A stretch of DNA of 64,000 nucleotides, from IMG/VR virus record IMGVR_UViG_3300010388_000228, positions 1-64,000 of that record; one strand, given 5' to 3'. Position 1 is the first letter of the stretch. Each line of letters starts with the position of its first letter. A program made the translations under genes and the position numbers. Of the stretch, positions 17,371 through 26,086 are shown in pieces. Origin of the DNA: a virus. Under the pieces are notes generated by a model. It ran no database searches, had not been told where the DNA came from, and saw only the letters and a program-made list of their open reading frames with translations.

Positions 17371-17661
17371 AAGAGGAAGTGTGAGTGCAGTGGTAGCGCG
17401 AGCAATGAGCTTGCGCTATTATAACACAAACAAATGCAAAATGCAAGCGGTAAATTAAATAAAAATAATGCTTGCAATGTTTTAAAAATAGCGTATAATG
17501 TAACACAAGTTAGCAATAACGCTAACTTTTAACACTACTACAGCGTGCTAATTATGCAAAATAAAACTAAAAAAACACTTGCTTTTACTGTAAAAAAAGT
17601 GTATAATGTGCAACATAAATTAAACTTAGTAACAAACAACAACACAAGTGGAGCGAACACT

Positions 17662-18039
17662 ATGAACACAACAACAAACACAACACCAGTTTTTGCACAA
17701 GTAGTAACAGCAAGCTCAAAAGCCAACAGCAAATTAGTACAATGCGTGGGTGTTAGCGATCACGCAAAGCTGGGCTACAAAATACGCTTTAGCGGCAAGC
17801 CCGAAGCAACGGCGCGTGTTACTACGCTAATTGCAACAAAATTACACACGGACATCCGCTTTATAAACTTAGCACAAATTAAAACGGAAATTGAGGCAGC
17901 TGTAGAATTAGAAGGGCATCCAAACTTTGCAGATGACAACGCGCAAATGGCTATTGCGGCGTTTTTAAGCAAGCATAACGCAACGGAAGTACAGGCAGCA
18001 AGAGACGCGTATGCGGAACTGTTAGCACAGGCGGCATAA
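17662..18039 (+). CDS. hypothetical early protein, family A
   Basis: ATG 17662 after GGAGCGAA; GVSDH..GYKIRF. Confidence 0.7.
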   Translation: MNTTTNTTPVFAQVVTASSKANSKLVQCVGVSDHAKLGYKIRFSGKPEATARVTTLIATKLHTDIRFINLAQIKTEIEAAVELEGHPNFADDNAQMAIAAFLSKHNATEVQAARDAYAELLAQAA

Positions 18040-18051
18040 GCAAGTACACAG

Positions 18052-18067
18052 GGCACAGGGACGTGCC
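18052..18067 (+). promoter_or_regulatory. CsrA/RsmA-type hairpin ggcac-AGGGAC-gtgcc
   Basis: ACANGGANGU consensus just after the stop codon. Confidence 0.6.
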
Positions 18068-18151
18068 GCAACTGGAAAAAATAACACTTGCAATTAGTTT
18101 TAAAACGTGTATAATATACACATACTTTAACAAAACAGCGTGCTAACTACA

Positions 18152-18367
18152 ATGCAAACTAAACAACAAACAGTACACAATTTTTTAAACAAACAAGCGC
18201 AAACAGCTCACCACACCGTGAGCCCCGAGACCGGGACTGCCGCCCCGGGTTTGTTTAATACAGTAATGACAGCTGTGGTTACAACAATACAGTTTATAAT
18301 ATTGGCAATGCCATTTGCAATCGCAATTGCCGGCTTTGGTGGCGCGTTTGACGCATTGGTAAAATAA
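18152..18367 (+). CDS. small membrane protein
   Basis: ATG 18152 after promoter and AGCGTG; C-terminal hydrophobic helix. Confidence 0.6.
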   Translation: MQTKQQTVHNFLNKQAQTAHHTVSPETGTAAPGLFNTVMTAVVTTIQFIILAMPFAIAIAGFGGAFDALVK

Positions 18368-18458
18368 ATAAATATAACGCTTGCATATAGTGTAACACTA
18401 TGCTATACTATATGCAAGTTAAGTAATAACACTTAACTACTAACTGGAGATAGACAAC

Positions 18459-18533
18459 ATGGCAAGAAGATCCGACAGAGCAAAGACAGCAGGACAGAAA
18501 GCGGTACGTCGATACATTAGACGCAACAAATAA
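18459..18533 (+). CDS. 24-aa Arg/Lys-rich peptide (not in ORF track)
   Basis: Own promoter TTGCAT..TATACT, GGAGA RBS, MARRSDRAKTAGQKAVRRYIRRNK. Confidence 0.5.
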   Translation: MARRSDRAKTAGQKAVRRYIRRNK

Positions 18534-18952
18534 AAGGCCCCGCTGCTAGGTATTAGCGGCCCATGTTAGGATATAGGTAGTAGTATATCCTAACAACCAA
18601 ACACATTTTGCATTGTGTTACCCCGACCCTGTATTCATTATGCGATGATACAGGGTTTTTTATTGACCATCGCGTCAACCGAATAACCGGACCTAGTGGA
18701 CTTAAACTAACTGAACAATCGGATCTCCATCTATTTCTGTAACCATCTGCCACCTGCAAATCCGCAGGCCCCGCTGTAAGGTATTGTGGTTTGTTGCTTA
18801 TAAGTTTTAAACACGTTTAACAAGTACAATTTACAATGCTAAAATTTGCGTTTTAACGCGTGTACAATGCGCGTTTATATACTAAGCAATGCAACAATAG
18901 CAGTACAAAATTTTAAACGCTTACAACGCAAATACGCAATGGCAAAAGAAAC

Positions 18953-19497
18953 TTGACATTCCATATTAGAGGTGTTATACTATAGTGGTATGACCGACCT
19001 AATCGCAGGCCCCGCTGTAGCATATTAGGGGTTGACAGGAGGTGGGGAAAGGTGGTGGGGAAAGGTGGTATAATATAACATTGGCTCCGCCGAACCTCGG
19101 TTATATTTTTTAAAAAAATGCTTGCATTGTGTATAGTATAATGCTATAATATATTTTTTTAACAACACAGCGTATAATACAATGAATACATACTATTACG
19201 GTTACATATATAAACGGAACGCATACGCAATGTCCGGCGCGTTCGTTACCCTGCTTAGCCTTACGCGTAAGGAACATGCGGCGAGGTTGACTGGTAAGAT
19301 AAAAAGGTTAAAAGGAATAGTTGACTAAGGTGGGGATAGGTGCTATACTAATATAGCACCTGTTGCCGGTACAGTGAGACTACAGTGGCTGGACAGTTAT
19401 GGAAGGTGTGGTGCGTTACCGGATCGGGCCGTACGGCCCCGCTATAGCGTGTGCTATAGTATGTATATATTATAGCACGTTTAATGTGCAATGTCAA
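18953..19497. promoter_or_regulatory. cluster of consensus sigma70 promoters with little coding content
   Basis: + strand: TTGACA-17-TATACT (18953), TTGCAT-17-TATAAT (19122), TTGACT-17-TATACT (19321); - strand: TTGACA-17-TATAAT (19497-19469). Confidence 0.7.
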
Positions 19498-19550
19498 ATA
19501 AAAAACAAACAAAAAAAGTGCAACCCTTTCGGATTGCACTGTTTTGGTGC

Positions 19551-19952
19551 TTAGTTAGGTATTAAACATAATCCTGCATCAATAACGTGCTGTTTTGCTG
19601 CATCAATTTCCCCTTGTTGGTGCTTGTTAATGAACAATTCTAGTGCATTAACATGGTTATCACTAAAAGGCGTTCTATCGCTCGTTATTAGTGCATAGTT
19701 AGCGACTAATGTTAATGCGGCTTGTAATTGTGTACATGGCGCACTAATTTTGTACATTAACACTTCTGTATGCCCACATTGTGTGCTTTGCAAGTGACTT
19801 GCACGTTTGCTAACGTTTGCATCAGCACTAAAACGAGTTGCATACCCTATTGTATCTTTTGGGTGCTTGCTTACACCGAACCCTTGCACTAATTTTGCGC
19901 TGTTAGGTGTGCTTGTTGTTACTGCGTAGCTAATTGCTTGTTGTGCTTGCAT
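19551..19952 (-). CDS. hypothetical early protein, family A (divergent)
   Basis: NSAKLVQGFGVSKH..GYATRF..HTEV resembles 17662..18039; GGGGA RBS; reversed promoter cassette upstream. Confidence 0.65.
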   Translation of the reverse strand: MQAQQAISYAVTTSTPNSAKLVQGFGVSKHPKDTIGYATRFSADANVSKRASHLQSTQCGHTEVLMYKISAPCTQLQAALTLVANYALITSDRTPFSDNHVNALELFINKHQQGEIDAAKQHVIDAGLCLIPN

Positions 19953-20473
19953 AATAATTCCCCTTTTTTGTGCGGGTTAAATAAACATTAAGCGCGTATG
20001 CGCACGCTTAATGCGCGTGTTGTACTGCTACTAAGTTTTTAAAAAGCTAAGTTATTTGCTAACTTGTGTACAATTATACAGTATATAAAATAAAAAGCAA
20101 GCGTTTTTTTATTTTTTTTTTTACTTTTATTAAAAATAAATTGCTTGCAATGTATAAAAAAACGTGTTATAATAGTGTAACGCAATACACAATGCCCCGG
20201 GGGTGGGGGGTGTATATATACAACAATTTGTTGTTTTTTTACAACAACGCAACCTTTTTCTCTCTTTTCTCTAAAGTCTAAAAACACCTCTAAAAAGTCA
20301 CCATAGGTGCAAAATCACCACCGAGAATCTGTAAGTACTTCTTTCTAATTTTTTGCGCAGCAAAAAATTACATACCGCAGGACCCTTTTCGGACTATAAA
20401 AACAGTTCGGCCCGTAACTATCTCTACAGTGGAGTTACAGTGATATATACAGTATAGTCACAGTGGAGTCACA

Positions 20474-20680
20474 ATGGAACAATATAACAACCCCCCGGTC
20501 CCGAACAGCGTAGTCCCGGTTCGAGTAGAGTCTAGTAACAGTAGTTCTAGCCATGAGAGCCATCTAGCCAGCTTAGTACACCGTCTAGTAGAAACGGTAG
20601 AAAAGCAGCAAAGGCAAATACAAAGGCTGGAATCTACCATAGCAGAAGTTAGGGCAACCATAAACAGACTCAATGGTTAG
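20474..20680 (+). CDS. small coiled-coil hypothetical protein
   Basis: GGAG RBS; heptad-like C-terminus. Confidence 0.5.
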   Translation: MEQYNNPPVPNSVVPVRVESSNSSSSHESHLASLVHRLVETVEKQQRQIQRLESTIAEVRATINRLNG

Positions 20681-20825
20681 AAAAACTTAAAAAAATGGTG
20701 ATAATACTGTAGTGCCCCTAATCCATAAAAACAGTGGATAAACAGTGATAATAGAGTAGAGTCACCATAATGGGCCGGTAGTCTTTAATAAGCCAAGGTG
20801 TTATTAAAGTTTAGGGCCTGGGGCC

Positions 20826-20857
20826 AAAATAAAACCAGCTGTTGCTGGTTTTATTTT
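20826..20857. terminator. bidirectional intrinsic terminator at the strand switch
   Basis: aaaataaaaccagc-tgtt-gctggttttatttt between convergent units. Confidence 0.7.
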
Positions 20858-20918
20858 AAGTGTGCATCTAAAAGCTGAAAAATTGTTTTACCGCCTGCGT
20901 TGCAGGGTCAGTATGTTC

Positions 20919-23603
20919 TCATTGTTGTTGTAAAGCTGGGTCACTTCTATTTGGATTATTTCTATCGTCTTCATCCATATTATTAACAGTATCTAAAAAT
21001 GTTTCATCCCAGCCACCATTATACTGAGCGCGTTCTAATAAGTAGTTGTATTGTTCTTCAGTCATAAGTTCTTTTGGCACTGCAGACATAGTTTCTGGAT
21101 CGTGTTCTATTGCAAGTTTACAAAGTTCAAAGGTGCGATGATATCTTGGTATACCTACTAGCACGCCACCTTGCTCAGCTGCGTTACCGGTAGTAACTGC
21201 TGCTGCATGTAGCTCAAATAGTTCTTCTGGAGTAAACAATTTTTCAAGTTCTCTATAGTTTGCTTTACCTAGGCAATGTGAATTTTCAGCCTCATCTGAA
21301 TCCATATTTTCAACCATTATTTGTTTTATCTGTTGTTTAGCGTTGTCATCAAACAAGTGCCATGGGAAGTTAGCACTACAAATTGCGTATAAGTGATCCG
21401 TGCCGCCTGCATCTTCATAATCATCCCACCATTTTTCACGCATTTCGGATGTAAAGTCGCCGCCTAGAATTCCTATTGCAGCTGACCATAAGCTAAGTTC
21501 ATCGCGTGGAGTATTCATAATTTCAGGTAACTTATTACTGCCAATCAATGACCACGGATCGCTGAATACATGTTTTATATATAGTTCTTTGATCTTGTCT
21601 TCACTTAAAAAGGATGGAGGTTTAATATGGCCGTTAAACAGATAGGTTGAGTTGTTTGTGAGATGAGACATCCAAATATCTTTTAGTTCATTTTCAGTAA
21701 ATAAGCCATCTGGGATGTTATTAAAATCAACTATAGAATGTCGTGATTTTGATCGTGCAATCCACATATCTTTTTCATCTTTAGGCCCTAACAATGATAT
21801 TGGGAACTTACTATTATTAATCAAGTCAGGCTGCGCTTTAAGTGCTGCCATCCATATTTCAAGTTTTTGTTTAGGGTCAGTTATAAAATCTGGCATGCGA
21901 ACAATTGCGGCAGGTTTCTGTTCAAGTGCCTTTAATCGAATTTTATTTTTTTCTTCTTTTGAAAATATAGTAGTTTCATCAAACAAATCATGAGTCGCTT
22001 GGAACGGGTTAGATTCTATAGCTGCCAACCACATATCTTTTATCTCGTCATTACTAAACAGATTTGCTGGAAGGCCTGGATGATTTAAGTTGCCTATCGA
22101 TCGTATAATTTCATTGCGCCACAGTTCTTTAGTTTCAGCCGGTGTAAATAAGTTTTCTGGCCAATCGTCTGTACCTATGAAATCTTTAGCTGCAGGAGTC
22201 CATGCTTGTTTTAGTTCGTCTGTAGACCAACCAGTAGTAGTTACTGATTTAATAAGTTTCGGTACTAACTTTATTGCTTGGTGTGCTAGCTCTTTATATT
22301 TAGGTGCTCTAACAGGAATCATCTCAACTGCATATGGTCTTACCTTAATTACCTCTGACATTATGTTATAATTAGATCTAGTACGGGTACTTGCATATCC
22401 AACATCACTAGGGTTTTGTTTTAGATAGGCAGTAATACGGCGTTCCCAGTTAATAAGTGTTTCCGGGGCATAGATAATCATAATTGAACTTGTGTTAATA
22501 GCTTCTTCCCATACTTCACTTGATTGATTTATAGTACCTGCTTCGTCAACCAGTACACTAAGTCCTGCTAATTGTTGTATTGCATAGGTTCTAAATTCAG
22601 GATTAGCGCGAATATCTTGAGGTGCTCTTAAAAAATCAATTGGATATTTTTTAATTTGATCTGTAATTAATTGTGGTTTACTTTGAGCAATGTCTAATAC
22701 TAATGGTTCGTCCATATCAAATAAAGAAAAGTCACTTGATGGTTGATATGTCTTTCCTGTATATATGCCGTTAACTAAATCACTCTTTAACAGTGCTAAT
22801 AATGCGTAATGGAATTTCTTTGCTGGTTTAGAATTACTTCTACCTTTGCTTTGATGCAATACTCCGGTGTCTTTATTGTATTCAATAGTAACCCATGGTG
22901 TAGGTATTTTATCACGTAAACTTAATAATACATTACTGTTACTAGAAGCTGTGCCACAATGTCCCATAAACTTAGATTCTGCAGTGTGCTTATTAGTAGG
23001 TAGTAACCACCAATCACCTTGATTGCCAAGTGGTAATATAATTTGATCACCTGGCAAAATTTCAACCGGGGTTGCGTTCTTAATTTTAGATTCGTTTTCT
23101 TTTGTAATTTTTTCTACTGCTGCAGTTGCATTAGTAATAAGATTATCAACTTGGGTAGTAGCAGGTTTAATTGCTTTAACGATGTCTTTAATATGTTGCG
23201 ATGCGGCATATTCAGATGTAAAGAAATGTGCTAACTCTTCGTTTAATGAACTAAAATCACTGAACTGATATTGGCCAATCATTGCTTCAAACTTGCCTGC
23301 AAATTTAGGTTCGTTTCTTTTATAGTAAGTTTCAATTAATGACAAGTACCATTGCATTGCTTGTTCAGATGGGTTAGCGCCGGCTCTAAATGCTTCTTCA
23401 GCAAATTGAACTAATGCTGTTAATTGGGGTTCATCTGGAACAGATGGATCGCCTGGGATTGCAGGTTGTGCAGGTCCCCATTGTGTTTCTGGTTTCTCTG
23501 GGAAGCCTGCTCTTAGTTGAGCAAAGTCTTTATGTAGCTTAGTAACTTTAGTGTCGTATGCTTCAAAAAGATTTATTGTTTCGTATAATTCTCTTAATTT
23601 CAT
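20919..23603 (-). CDS. PcfJ-like domain plus DUF4116-like helical repeats, probable virion-packaged protein (paralog 3)
   Basis: MKLRELYE N-terminus; ES..MGHCG..LLSLRD..P..TIE..Q.KG..N; RTFELCKLAIEHDP repeat. Confidence 0.65.
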   Translation of the reverse strand: MKLRELYETINLFEAYDTKVTKLHKDFAQLRAGFPEKPETQWGPAQPAIPGDPSVPDEPQLTALVQFAEEAFRAGANPSEQAMQWYLSLIETYYKRNEPKFAGKFEAMIGQYQFSDFSSLNEELAHFFTSEYAASQHIKDIVKAIKPATTQVDNLITNATAAVEKITKENESKIKNATPVEILPGDQIILPLGNQGDWWLLPTNKHTAESKFMGHCGTASSNSNVLLSLRDKIPTPWVTIEYNKDTGVLHQSKGRSNSKPAKKFHYALLALLKSDLVNGIYTGKTYQPSSDFSLFDMDEPLVLDIAQSKPQLITDQIKKYPIDFLRAPQDIRANPEFRTYAIQQLAGLSVLVDEAGTINQSSEVWEEAINTSSIMIIYAPETLINWERRITAYLKQNPSDVGYASTRTRSNYNIMSEVIKVRPYAVEMIPVRAPKYKELAHQAIKLVPKLIKSVTTTGWSTDELKQAWTPAAKDFIGTDDWPENLFTPAETKELWRNEIIRSIGNLNHPGLPANLFSNDEIKDMWLAAIESNPFQATHDLFDETTIFSKEEKNKIRLKALEQKPAAIVRMPDFITDPKQKLEIWMAALKAQPDLINNSKFPISLLGPKDEKDMWIARSKSRHSIVDFNNIPDGLFTENELKDIWMSHLTNNSTYLFNGHIKPPSFLSEDKIKELYIKHVFSDPWSLIGSNKLPEIMNTPRDELSLWSAAIGILGGDFTSEMREKWWDDYEDAGGTDHLYAICSANFPWHLFDDNAKQQIKQIMVENMDSDEAENSHCLGKANYRELEKLFTPEELFELHAAAVTTGNAAEQGGVLVGIPRYHRTFELCKLAIEHDPETMSAVPKELMTEEQYNYLLERAQYNGGWDETFLDTVNNMDEDDRNNPNRSDPALQQQ

Positions 23604-23668
23604 TAATTGTCCTTAATATCTATAAGCGGTTGAGTCAGGTAACAGTAGTGTATAGTCTCAGAGTGTTT

Positions 23669-26077
23669 TTAATTATTTTCGTCTTCATCATACCAAGTCA
23701 TCATCTCCCAATATCCCGGGGGCACCATTGCTTTCAGTTGTTCAACAGCTTCTGGACCTAGTAGTGCTCTAACTTGATTGTTTATACCTACTATGTTATT
23801 TGGATTAACTTCAAGTGCATATTTACAAATGTCAAACGTTTTATCTTCCGGTGCCATATCTCTAAGTCGTTCTTCACGGAAATATGTCTTAAGAATCTTC
23901 TTTAAAATTTCTGGTAACCGTGTAGTAATAACTTGATTAAAATGTTCAGCCTGTCTAGCAACAGATGGTTCATCAATATTGTCGCTAATATAGTCTGCTA
24001 CTAGTGGTTCAATTTCTTCTGGTGTAATTGGTACATCTATGTTTGCTTTATGTTGATATTGATTTCTAAATAGTCTAAACGCTAGCATAGGGTCTTCTTG
24101 TATAAGTTCAAGCCAACGTTGTCTAGCTAGTTCTGGGCCAACAAGTTTTGCAAGTGACATGCTGTGTAGTAAGTTTGTATCAGAGCTATTAAAGTATGGT
24201 AGTACTAACTCAGTTAAATCTTCTTGTGAAAACAATCCTTCTGGTATTTCATGTATTGCCCAGTACGCAGTACCGTTCGATTCAAGCTGCTCTTGTATAG
24301 CTACCTGCCATGACTTTATAATAGTATCCATATCAAATATTTCTTTCAATGGAAGGCCTTTAACATTAGCTAACCTTGTAATACGAGATGGGTATTCCTC
24401 AATTGCGTCTATGCATGCCTTGCGTATAACTTCAAACGGTATTAGTTTAAGATTCATACTTTCAAGCATGTCAGCTAATGAGTGAGTATTTTGCAGTACT
24501 TTTACATATATTTTTTGAAGTTCATCATCACTAAACAATCCAGTAGGTAATTTTTTAACTAGATATATAGAGTGGTCCTGTATAGCTACTTCCCAAATGG
24601 CTTTTAGTTCTTTGTTAGTAAATACACCATCTGGTATTTCACCTGCTTTATTTCTATCATGTTTTACTGCAGCTTCATACTTTGGTTTTAGTTCATCAGT
24701 AGTAAACAGCTCTACTGGGAATTCTCGGTGAAAGATCAAATCTGGATCTGTAGCCCATAACTCTCTTTTAACATCATCGGCCATATTGTCGGTATTAATA
24801 TACCCTATTACATGACGATTTTTACGAATTGCAAGCTGTGCAAGTTGTTTAAATGCAGGTGCGCTATATGGGACTGACTCAATTAAATATGGATCAGTCT
24901 CAAGCACCATTGTCATAATCTCTAGATCGCCAAGTATTTTAGACGAGCAATAGCCTGATAATTCATAGTCACTTACTAAAGCTTTGGCTACTCGTTGTTT
25001 ATAATTTGGTAAGGTAGGTGGTGCATATATTATAGTTGACGGGTCAGTGCTAACTGCTTCTTCCCATGCAGCAGGTGTTTGATCAACTGTACCATCTTCT
25101 TGAACAATAGCAGCAAGTCCGGGTAGTTTTTCAATAGCAGCATTTCTAAATTCTGGATTAGCTCTAATAAAATCAGGTGCGTTTAAGAATACAACCGGGT
25201 ACTTGTTAATTTGATCTATAATCAATTTTGGTTTTTGTTCTGCTATCATTTGAACTTTGTCTGGAGACATATCAAATATAGAAAAGTCAGTTGCTGGCAT
25301 GTATGATTTATTTTTCAGTCCAGTAACCATATCACTTAGTAGTAGTGCTAAGATTGCATGATGATATGACTTAGCAGGTTTTGAATTCTTAGGTCCTTTC
25401 ATCTGATATAGTTCATAAGAAGATGGATCCCATTCAAATGTTAAATGCGGACGGGGAACTTTATCACGTAAGCTAAGTAAGTTGTTTGATCCAATATTAC
25501 AACTTCCGCAGTGTCCCATAGCTTGTGATTCAGGACGATGTGTATTAACTGGTAAGTGCCACCAATCACCTTGTGCGCCTAATGATAGGACAGGTGTGTC
25601 ACCTGGTAGTATTTCAATTGGAGTACTGGCTGTTTGTGCAGCTTCTTGTTCGGCAACTATAACTTTTTCAATCTTATTTAGATTAGCAACTACATCTGCA
25701 AGTGTTGTACTTGTGTTAACATTCTTTTTAAGATATTCTTTAATACGTTGGTCATCGCCATAGGTTGAAGCAAGCCAATGATCTAGTTTAGCTTGTACAT
25801 CGTTAAATGACGTAAACTGATACCCGCCGAGTAAACTATCAAACACGCCTTTGTATTTTTCATCATTTTGACGTAAGTAGTTTTCAAATAAATTTACATA
25901 CCAAAGTATAGCTTGACCTGATTTCAATCTAGCAACTGCCCATTCTACCCGTGCATTAAGTTCTGCTTCTCCCGGAGTGCCGGGAGCGCAAGTTGGTACT
26001 TCATTTTTTATTTTGCCAACTTTACCTTTATAGTTTTCGTCTAGTTGGATTGTTTCGTATAATTCTCTTAATTTCAT
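23669..26077 (-). CDS. PcfJ-like domain plus helical repeats (paralog 2)
   Basis: MKLRELYE; ESQAMGHCG..LLSLRDK.PRPHLTFE..QMKGPKN; KTFDICKYALEVNP. Confidence 0.65.
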   Translation of the reverse strand: MKLRELYETIQLDENYKGKVGKIKNEVPTCAPGTPGEAELNARVEWAVARLKSGQAILWYVNLFENYLRQNDEKYKGVFDSLLGGYQFTSFNDVQAKLDHWLASTYGDDQRIKEYLKKNVNTSTTLADVVANLNKIEKVIVAEQEAAQTASTPIEILPGDTPVLSLGAQGDWWHLPVNTHRPESQAMGHCGSCNIGSNNLLSLRDKVPRPHLTFEWDPSSYELYQMKGPKNSKPAKSYHHAILALLLSDMVTGLKNKSYMPATDFSIFDMSPDKVQMIAEQKPKLIIDQINKYPVVFLNAPDFIRANPEFRNAAIEKLPGLAAIVQEDGTVDQTPAAWEEAVSTDPSTIIYAPPTLPNYKQRVAKALVSDYELSGYCSSKILGDLEIMTMVLETDPYLIESVPYSAPAFKQLAQLAIRKNRHVIGYINTDNMADDVKRELWATDPDLIFHREFPVELFTTDELKPKYEAAVKHDRNKAGEIPDGVFTNKELKAIWEVAIQDHSIYLVKKLPTGLFSDDELQKIYVKVLQNTHSLADMLESMNLKLIPFEVIRKACIDAIEEYPSRITRLANVKGLPLKEIFDMDTIIKSWQVAIQEQLESNGTAYWAIHEIPEGLFSQEDLTELVLPYFNSSDTNLLHSMSLAKLVGPELARQRWLELIQEDPMLAFRLFRNQYQHKANIDVPITPEEIEPLVADYISDNIDEPSVARQAEHFNQVITTRLPEILKKILKTYFREERLRDMAPEDKTFDICKYALEVNPNNIVGINNQVRALLGPEAVEQLKAMVPPGYWEMMTWYDEDENN

Positions 26078-26086
26078 TAGGTGTCC

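Noticed and set aside
13265-17545. CRISPR-like repeats or ORFs starting MCKLAITLT
   Set aside because: The repeats are promoter/leader cassettes hundreds of bp apart; the shared peptide in the ORF track is an artefact of translating the cassette.
20039-20287. ORFs 20039..20287 (-) and 20066..20281 (+)
   Set aside because: Low-complexity translations of promoter and homopolymer DNA.
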